A stretch of DNA of 53,829 bases from the NCBI GenBank assembly GCA_949297275.1, contig CASFQR010000004.1, positions 1 to 53,829 of the forward strand. The letters are read 5' to 3'. The notes beneath the pieces were generated by a model. The model was not told the origin of the DNA. It did no database searches and saw only the letters and a list, made by a program, of their open reading frames with translations. This stretch comes from an uncultured bacterium. Its GTDB lineage: Bacteria; Bacillota_I; Bacilli_A; RFN20; CAG-826. The position numbers were made by a program, and so were the translations under genes. Shown here one piece after another: positions 47,602-53,829 of this stretch (within the stretch, counting starts at the first letter, position 1; the number at the start of each line of letters is the position of its first letter).

Positions 47602-50600
47602 ATGCAAATTCTTTGCTTGTCACACAAAGCATTTTATCGCGAATATCTCTATCCTAAACTGCAAGGACTAAAAAATATTCATTCTTTTTTCTATTATGTT
47701 TTGTTTTTAATTTTAATGGGTTTTGGCTTTTTTGCTTTCGCCTTAATTACCCAATATTTTACAACTCCTTACACTGGTGATTATTCGCAACAAGGTATTC
47801 CTTTTGCGTTTAATTTTTATGATACCTGGTGGACTTTCTTTAAAACTTTAAATTTCCCTAATTGGGATCATAATGTTTTTTTAGGGGCTGATACGATTGA
47901 GGCTAATACTTTTTATGGCATCTTTTCACCCTTTACCTTTCCTATTTTATTTTTACCGCGCGAAATGGTTACCCAATCAATTGCCTTAATGTCGATTGCC
48001 CGCATGGTTGTTGGAGGATTATTATTTCGTTTATATTTAAAAACCTTTAATGTTCAAGAATCGACCGCTCGGATTTTTTCTTTAGCCTATGCCTTTATGG
48101 GCTGGACGGCGTATCATCTTTGGTTTAATAGTTTTTATGAAGTCGCGACCTTTTTCCCGTTGATTCTTTATGGTATTGAAAGAGTCTTAAAAGATAAAAT
48201 AATTTGGCCGGTGTCTTTGGGCTTTTTCCTATTAGGCATTTCAAATTATTTCTTCTTTTTAACTGCTGGAATCTTCGGTGTTATTTACGCTTTATTTAGA
48301 TATTTACAGACGATTAAAAACCGTCATGGGATTGAACATCTAACCGTCATTTTATTAGGGATTGCCGGCTTTGCTTTAGGAATTTTAATGAGTGGTTTTT
48401 GTACTTTGCCAGCCATCATTTCTTCCTTTAATATCGCGCGATATGAAAATTCTACTTATTGGAGTGATATTGTTTATGCTTTTCAAACAAAAGAATATCG
48501 TGAAGCCTTTAAATATATTTTCTTATATTGGGATGGCGATGATTATGGCTATCGCTCTTTTTATCCCTTAGCCTCCTTTTTATTCCCAACAATATCAAAT
48601 CGTTTTGTAACAGTTGTCCGCGACATTTATTTTGACAATTTTGGTTCCTCAATCTTTATTTTTACACCGACAATCATTTTGTTATTTTCAAGCTTTTATA
48701 TCTCAATTAAAGAAAGAAAGCCGTCGCATTTTATTGCTGCAACTTTGTTGACACTTTCTTTATTTGTGCCATTTTTATATTACTTATGTGGGGCGATGTC
48801 GATTGGTTATGGTCGCTGGGAAATTATTGTCCCTTTATGCGCTTTAGCCTATGTTGCTATTCAATATGATAAGCGCGCGATGTTAAAAAGATGGGTGATT
48901 ATCACTAGTGGTGCTATCACCTCACTATTAATGATCTTGGCCTATTTTTATGGTCAATATTTAGAGACAAAATTTCTCCGTGTGGATAATTATAGCGGCA
49001 TCATCTTTTTATTGATTTATGAAGTAGTGGTTGCGATCGTTTCTACTGCCTTATTAGCGAAATATTTTAAAGACATTAAAATCAATAAAATTGTTACTGG
49101 GATTATTGCTATTGAAATAGTTGTAATGGGAACAATTATTGCTAATGTACATGGCTTAAGCAGCTACATGAATAGTGCTTCCGGCGGCTTTAAGCATATC
49201 CCTACTGAAACAAATATTATTGAGGAAATCACCGCAGAAGACCATTCTTTTTATCGGATTCAATCTAATCGCGCATATTCGGGTAACGATAATATTATGA
49301 TGATTGAAAATTATAATGGGGCTTCCACTTTCCATTCTTTTTATAATACCGAGGTTGATGATTTTCAAAGGATGTCGCACATCTTAAAAAGCGATAATAC
49401 TTGGATTGGTTCAGCGAGTGAAAAGCGAATTAATTTAGATGCCTTTTTAGGTGTTAAATATTATTTACAAATGGAAGAATATTTTGATTATTCTTACCTC
49501 GTTAATAATGAATGGTTTACTGCTCATTTACCAATCAATGTACCTTTAGGCTATACGCGCATTGATGATCCTAATGATGGCGATGGTTATGCTCTATATC
49601 GAAACGACCACCATATTAATTTTGCGACTTCTTATGACACCATTTATGATAAAGGTAATTGTGCCTCCTCACTTTATAATAATTTCCATACTGGTTCACA
49701 TTTAACTGACGTGATGCGTAATGAAGAAGCCTATCTAAAAGGCGCAATCTTAAATAGCGAAGATGCTTTTTTAATTCGGCAAAATTATGGCGATGTTTTT
49801 AATTATGAAAACGCTCCTAGACGCGAAATGGCGCATTATCAAGAACCGAGCAGTGTTTCCTTTTATCATTATCAAGATGTCTTTAATCCAACTAAACCAG
49901 ATTTATATCTTCAAGCTGGGGTAAAAGTAAGCTCTAGTGAGTTAGCAGATTTGAAAAAAACTGAACTCTTAATTGAATTTAAACCAACAAGCACTTCAAC
50001 TTTCCCAATGAGTGAAGAGGGAATGTATTATTTATTATATTATCCCATAACCTCAAAGATGGCGGTTGATATTTTCTTTATTAGTGAAGATGAAAATGGT
50101 AATTCGTATGTTTCTTTATTTGATCGCTATATGAATACGGATAGTGATGGTTATAAATATTTAAGAGGGTTTTATCCAACTGCCCCAGTTACCAAAATTT
50201 TAATGCGTCCACGCGGCGACGAAGTTAGGACAACTGTTTCATTATATTATGAAGACATTGCTACTACCTTAAATCGCATCGATAATATTCGTCAATATAG
50301 CGTCTATAATGTTAAGCAAGATGTTGATTATTTTTCCTTTGAAAGTAATTATGATTCAATTCGTTTTATGATCACTCAAGTTGCTTATGCAGATAATTGG
50401 CGAGTCAAGGCTAAAGATGATAACGGAAATATTTATCAATTAGATACTTATAACGCGCAGGGAGGATTCGTCGGTTTTATTACGCCTTCAGATGGTCATT
50501 TAGTTTACGAAATGACTTATATTACACCTTTATATCAAGAAGGCTTAATTATCTCAATAATAGCTACAGCAATCTTAATTGGTGGTAGTATTGCTATCTT

Positions 50601-50637
50601 CTTTTATCAAAGGAAAAAACAAAATCACAAAAATTAA
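47602..50637 (+). CDS. YfhO-family-like large polytopic membrane protein (putative glycosyltransferase for cell-envelope glycopolymers, 1011 aa)
   Basis: Many N-terminal TM helices, a large extracytoplasmic C-terminal domain, and a final TM anchor (LIISIIATAILIGGSIAIFFY). The family call rests on architecture and recollection, not on a computed alignment. The start is uncertain. Confidence 0.55.
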   Translation: MQILCLSHKAFYREYLYPKLQGLKNIHSFFYYVLFLILMGFGFFAFALITQYFTTPYTGDYSQQGIPFAFNFYDTWWTFFKTLNFPNWDHNVFLGADTIEANTFYGIFSPFTFPILFLPREMVTQSIALMSIARMVVGGLLFRLYLKTFNVQESTARIFSLAYAFMGWTAYHLWFNSFYEVATFFPLILYGIERVLKDKIIWPVSLGFFLLGISNYFFFLTAGIFGVIYALFRYLQTIKNRHGIEHLTVILLGIAGFALGILMSGFCTLPAIISSFNIARYENSTYWSDIVYAFQTKEYREAFKYIFLYWDGDDYGYRSFYPLASFLFPTISNRFVTVVRDIYFDNFGSSIFIFTPTIILLFSSFYISIKERKPSHFIAATLLTLSLFVPFLYYLCGAMSIGYGRWEIIVPLCALAYVAIQYDKRAMLKRWVIITSGAITSLLMILAYFYGQYLETKFLRVDNYSGIIFLLIYEVVVAIVSTALLAKYFKDIKINKIVTGIIAIEIVVMGTIIANVHGLSSYMNSASGGFKHIPTETNIIEEITAEDHSFYRIQSNRAYSGNDNIMMIENYNGASTFHSFYNTEVDDFQRMSHILKSDNTWIGSASEKRINLDAFLGVKYYLQMEEYFDYSYLVNNEWFTAHLPINVPLGYTRIDDPNDGDGYALYRNDHHINFATSYDTIYDKGNCASSLYNNFHTGSHLTDVMRNEEAYLKGAILNSEDAFLIRQNYGDVFNYENAPRREMAHYQEPSSVSFYHYQDVFNPTKPDLYLQAGVKVSSSELADLKKTELLIEFKPTSTSTFPMSEEGMYYLLYYPITSKMAVDIFFISEDENGNSYVSLFDRYMNTDSDGYKYLRGFYPTAPVTKILMRPRGDEVRTTVSLYYEDIATTLNRIDNIRQYSVYNVKQDVDYFSFESNYDSIRFMITQVAYADNWRVKAKDDNGNIYQLDTYNAQGGFVGFITPSDGHLVYEMTYITPLYQEGLIISIIATAILIGGSIAIFFYQRKKQNHKN

Positions 50638-51488
50638 TTTTCGTGGTAAGTTTTATAAACATAATTTTTAGTTAATTTATGTTGTTTAGCAACTTGTTTA
50701 ATTGCATCTTTAGCGGATACCCCAATATCAGTTAATTGTTCCACTAATAGGCGAATAGTGTTTTTATCAAGCGAAGGCTTATTTTCTCCGTTATATCCTT
50801 CCACAACAACGACCATTTCGCCTTTTAAGGTTTCTAAATCAAGCGTTAATAATTCCTCAAAATTTCCCCGTAGATATTCTTCGTGTTTTTTAGTTAATTC
50901 GCGGGCGATGCACGCTTTGCGGTTGCCTAAAATTTCTCGCATTAAAGAAATTGTTTTTTGAATGCGAAATGGCGATTCATAAAAAATTAAAGTCTCCGGT
51001 CTTTTAAGTAAATTTCGTAGTTCTTCTTTTTTCACTTTTTGTTTCGTGTCTAAAAAACCATGAAAATAAAAATGATCACTATTTAAACCTGAGGCCACTA
51101 AGGCGCTTAAAAAGGCAGAGGGTCCTGGTATGACCGAGACATTTATTTCATTAGCTAAAGCCTCTTTGACTAAAATCGAACCAGGATCAGAGATACAAGG
51201 ATAACCAGCGTCACTAACATAGGCTACATGGCGATTTTGGGTTTTTATTTCTTCAATTATTTTCTTACTGACAATAATTTCATTATGTTTTTCCATATAT
51301 ATCAGCGGCTTTTTAATCTGTAATTTTTGTAATAATTTATTAGTTATTCTCGTATCTTCAGCCACGATTAAATCGACACTATTTAAAATTGCAATTGTTC
51401 TTTTAGAAACATCATCTAAGTTACCAATTGGAGTAGCAACTAAATATAACAAAGGCTTTTCACCAATAAAATTTAATGATCGTTTCAT
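50634..51488 (-). CDS. rsmI: 16S rRNA (cytidine1402-2'-O)-methyltransferase
   Basis: LYLVATPIGNLDDVSKRTIAILNSVDLIVAEDTR, and SDAGYPCISDPG. Confidence 0.92.
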   Translation of the reverse strand: MKRSLNFIGEKPLLYLVATPIGNLDDVSKRTIAILNSVDLIVAEDTRITNKLLQKLQIKKPLIYMEKHNEIIVSKKIIEEIKTQNRHVAYVSDAGYPCISDPGSILVKEALANEINVSVIPGPSAFLSALVASGLNSDHFYFHGFLDTKQKVKKEELRNLLKRPETLIFYESPFRIQKTISLMREILGNRKACIARELTKKHEEYLRGNFEELLTLDLETLKGEMVVVVEGYNGENKPSLDKNTIRLLVEQLTDIGVSAKDAIKQVAKQHKLTKNYVYKTYHEN

Positions 51489-52315
51489 TTATTTGGTTTA
51501 CGATTACCCTTTCTTAATTTTTGATATTCGTCAAGCGAAATAATGCGTATTTCTTCCGCGCTTGCAATCTTTATGTCTTTGGAAAAGATATTATATGAAT
51601 CAACTTTAAAGACGATATCATCGATTGTAATTGCCTCTCCAATCGGTGGGAATTTTTTCTTTTCAATCGTATAATTTTCATCTTCAAAATTTAAACAGCA
51701 AAGCAATTTGCCACATTGTCCAGACAATTTAGAAATGTTTAAAGACAACATTTGATTTTTAGCTTTATTAATTGAGATTGTTTCAATTTCATTAAGGTAA
51801 TTTGAACAACAGATTGGTAGACCACACACCCCGATGCCGCCACTTGTTTTGGCTTTGTCGCGGGGACCGATTTGTTTTAATTCAATGCGGCAACGATATT
51901 TAGCAGCTAGCATTCTCACTAATTCGCGGAAATCAACGCGATCATCTGAAACAAAAGTAATTGTTAATTTCGTGCCATCTAAAGAAAAAGTGGCAGTTAA
52001 GACATGCATATCTAAATTTAATTCTTTAACAAATTTCTTCGTTGCAACAATTACTTCTTTATCACGTTCAATGTTGGCTTTATGAACCATTAAATCATTC
52101 GCATCGGCTTTACGCAAAATGGGTTTAAGTTCAAAGGAATGTTTATAAGTAGAGATAGGAGTAGGATTAAAAGATATTTTTCCTACTTCTAAGCCCCTAG
52201 AAGTTTCAACTACAACAAAAACACCTTTTTTAATTGTGGAATCTTCGCTCATAAAAAAATAATTGAAGGTATTGTTATAAAATTTTACTCCGATATAATA
52301 TTGTTCTTTTTCCAT
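51485..52315 (-). CDS. ricT: PSP1-domain protein RicT/YaaT
   Basis: PSP1 C-terminal domain with GVCGLPICCS and QCGKLLCCLNFE. holB-ricT-rsmI neighbourhood as in Bacillus. Confidence 0.85.
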   Translation of the reverse strand: MEKEQYYIGVKFYNNTFNYFFMSEDSTIKKGVFVVVETSRGLEVGKISFNPTPISTYKHSFELKPILRKADANDLMVHKANIERDKEVIVATKKFVKELNLDMHVLTATFSLDGTKLTITFVSDDRVDFRELVRMLAAKYRCRIELKQIGPRDKAKTSGGIGVCGLPICCSNYLNEIETISINKAKNQMLSLNISKLSGQCGKLLCCLNFEDENYTIEKKKFPPIGEAITIDDIVFKVDSYNIFSKDIKIASAEEIRIISLDEYQKLRKGNRKPNK

Positions 52316-52323
52316 ATTTTCTC

Positions 52324-53523
52324 CTAAATTATATATAGCAGATGATCGAATAAGAGAGGGATATTGATGTTAACATCAATTGACCTTTTGGCTTCTAATA
52401 TTTTTAAAAAGGTTTGTTGAGGGTTAGGAATTGCCATTTCTAAGCCATTTATTATTTTAACATAACTTTTTAAAATAATTTCTTGCTTAATTTTTTTAAG
52501 CATTAAGTTATAAATAAAATCTAATAATAAGTCGATGAAAACACTAACTTGTTCATAACTTCTAATTTGTGAAACAATTTTCTTTGAAAGCACAAAACTA
52601 GCGTACGCCTTATTGCCTCCTAGTTCCTCTAAGAATTCTAATAATAAATTTTTAATTTTTTTATAAGTCTCACTTAAAGAAAAATCTTTTAAATTAACAT
52701 CATCATTATAAATACTAGAAAGTAATTCAGCGTCTTCATTACTCACTCCATTATTAATAGCGTTATTAATGACATCATTACGCGGAATCGCGGATAAATG
52801 CAAAATTTGGGTTCTAGATAAAATGGTTGGTAAAACTTTATTTTCGTTATAAGTTGTTAATATAGCATAGACATTTTGGTTAGGTTCTTCTAAAAACTTT
52901 AATAAAGAATTTAACGCAATCGGGGTAGCGTTTTCCACTAAATGAAGTATGTATATCATCTTCCCCTTATTTTCTAAAGCAGTCTTAACAAAAGTGCGTT
53001 CAATTTCATCAATATGTTGTTTTTTAATCTTTTCTTTGCTACCGTCGATAACAATTAAATCCGCGTAGTTATTTTCTTCAATTCTTAAACAAGTTAAGCA
53101 ATTTAAACACGCGAGCGGATCACCATTTTCACATAAAATTGATTTAGCAACAAAAATAGCATAATCAATTAATGGTATTCCAGAAGAACCGCTTAATAAA
53201 TAAGCGTGCGAAAAACGATCATTTAATTTAGCGTTTTTTAAACTTAAATCCAAACTTCTTTTATTAATATCAACCATATCGACAACTGTTTTAAATGTTT
53301 TAGCTATATAAATACCAATCGGTCCATAACCACAACCGATATCTAAAACATTACCCTTTATATCAGTTAAACTTTCTAATAAAGTTCTTGTTCCAAAATC
53401 TAAACCTTTTTTTGAAAAAACGCCATTATCTGTATAAAAAGAAAAAGGAAGATTGTTTATTTTGACGCTTATTTTTTTTACCTCGCTTTTTAAACTTTCA
53501 TCATTAGTAAAATAATAACTCAT
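52324..53523 (-). CDS. holB: In-frame hybrid: the first ~100 aa of a YbxB/RsmC-like SAM methyltransferase joined to DNA polymerase III delta' (HolB) lacking its first ~25 aa
   Basis: MSYYF...FYTDNGVFSKKGLDFGTRTLL...VLDIGCGYGPIG...VDMVDINKRSLDLSLKNAKLN parallels B. subtilis YbxB up to motif II-III and has no NPPxxx motif. DRFSHAYLLSG...LNSLLKFLEEPN...LPTILSRTQ is then HolB. GGAAGGG RBS upstream of the ATG at 53523. Confidence 0.8.
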   Translation of the reverse strand: MSYYFTNDESLKSEVKKISVKINNLPFSFYTDNGVFSKKGLDFGTRTLLESLTDIKGNVLDIGCGYGPIGIYIAKTFKTVVDMVDINKRSLDLSLKNAKLNDRFSHAYLLSGSSGIPLIDYAIFVAKSILCENGDPLACLNCLTCLRIEENNYADLIVIDGSKEKIKKQHIDEIERTFVKTALENKGKMIYILHLVENATPIALNSLLKFLEEPNQNVYAILTTYNENKVLPTILSRTQILHLSAIPRNDVINNAINNGVSNEDAELLSSIYNDDVNLKDFSLSETYKKIKNLLLEFLEELGGNKAYASFVLSKKIVSQIRSYEQVSVFIDLLLDFIYNLMLKKIKQEIILKSYVKIINGLEMAIPNPQQTFLKILEAKRSIDVNINIPLLFDHLLYII

Positions 53524-53591
53524 AAACCCTTCCTTTCTTAAACGCTTTAAGCCCATACTAATTAGTACAGGCTTAAAGTTAATTTTATTAA

Positions 53592-53829
53592 TTATTTTAA
53601 TTCAACAGTTGCGCCAGCTTCTTCAAACTTAGCTTTTAATTCATTAGCTTCATCTGTAGCAATATTTTCTTTAACAGCTCCACCGTTATCAGCTAAATCT
53701 TTAGCTTCTTTTAAACCTAAACCAGTGAGATCACGAACTAATTTGATAACAGCGATTTTATTAGGTCCAGCAGATGTTAGTGTTACTGTAACAGTTGATG
53801 GTCCTTCATCAACAGCTGCAGCTACAGGT
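53592..53829 (-). CDS. rplL: 50S ribosomal protein L7/L12, C-terminal part (gene runs off the window)
   Basis: The reverse-strand translation reads ...[65 protein letters not shown], with the stop at 53592-53594. It is absent from the supplied ORF track because no start codon lies inside the window. Confidence 0.92.
   Translation of the reverse strand, partial: PVAAAVDEGPSTVTVTLTSAGPNKIAVIKLVRDLTGLGLKEAKDLADNGGAVKENIATDEANELKAKFEEAGATVELK

Noticed and set aside
53547-53576. Imperfect hairpin ttaagcc(c)atacta-at-tagtac(a)ggcttaa between rplL and the methyltransferase fragment, considered as a terminator
   Set aside because: It has two mismatches and no U-tract on the transcribed (minus) strand. 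At best it is an attenuating structure, so it was not called.
7000-53829. Possibility that the AT-rich block uses the Mollicutes code (UGA = Trp)
   Set aside because: Long ORFs are intact under the standard code, and Trp is encoded by TGG throughout. TGA terminates genes at sensible positions (the ATPase at 16031-16033 and psuG at 16908-16910).
1-53829. CRISPR arrays, tRNA/rRNA genes, transposases, integrases, phage or defence-system genes
   Set aside because: Reading both strands showed no direct-repeat/spacer periodicity, no cloverleaf or TpsiC-like signatures, and no recombinase or nuclease-NTPase defence architectures. The two breakpoints are not flanked by mobile-element genes, which favours misassembly over island insertion.

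Overview
Composite window with two breakpoints that look like assembly joins.

**(1) nt 1 to ~6,990.** Four co-directional minus-strand housekeeping genes: a PrsA/SurA-like lipoprotein, mfd, pth, and a 5'-truncated glmU. Codon usage is rich in CTT-Leu, TTC-Phe and TAC-Tyr (Clostridia-like).

**(2) Junction at ~6,960-7,045.** This block abuts, head-to-head, a gyrB that lacks its ATPase half.

**(3) From there to the end.** The DNA is visibly more AT-rich, uses TTA-Leu and TAT-Tyr, is very tightly packed, and uses the standard genetic code (TGG Trp, TGA used as stop). It looks like a low-GC Bacillota or Mollicutes-like genome. Gene order:
- gyrB', gyrA, a GT-like gene, serS, a small SRP RNA, tadA
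- P-type ATPase, psuG, a TetR regulator, a degenerate M50-like membrane protein, an HTH gene, a long-loop mscL, degV, rpmE, an endonuclease-I lipoprotein, metG
- a six-gene redox module: rex, adhE, a 2Fe-2S ferredoxin, the PAS-containing sensory [FeFe]-hydrogenase HydS, a PP2C phosphatase, and a second [FeFe]-hydrogenase
- an uncharacterised surface module: two paralogous lipoproteins flanking an 872-aa HEYTH (collagenase-motif-like) protein, followed by a DUF3810 HExxH membrane protein
- an SDR epimerase and an esterase
- a fused arginine decarboxylase-agmatine deiminase gene plus aguB
- a patatin-like protein and an RluA-family synthase
- a DUF1538 membrane protein with two PII-like proteins
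- a YfhO-like protein, rsmI and ricT
- an in-frame ybxB'-'holB hybrid, and the 3' end of rplL

No CRISPR array, transposase, integrase, tRNA or rRNA was seen.

The best candidates for new biology are the rex-adhE-HydS-PP2C-hydrogenase operon, the lipoprotein/HEYTH-protein module, the ADC-AguA fusion, and the DUF1538/PII trio. Both breakpoints (~7.0 kb and ~53.22 kb) truncate essential genes and need read-level verification.
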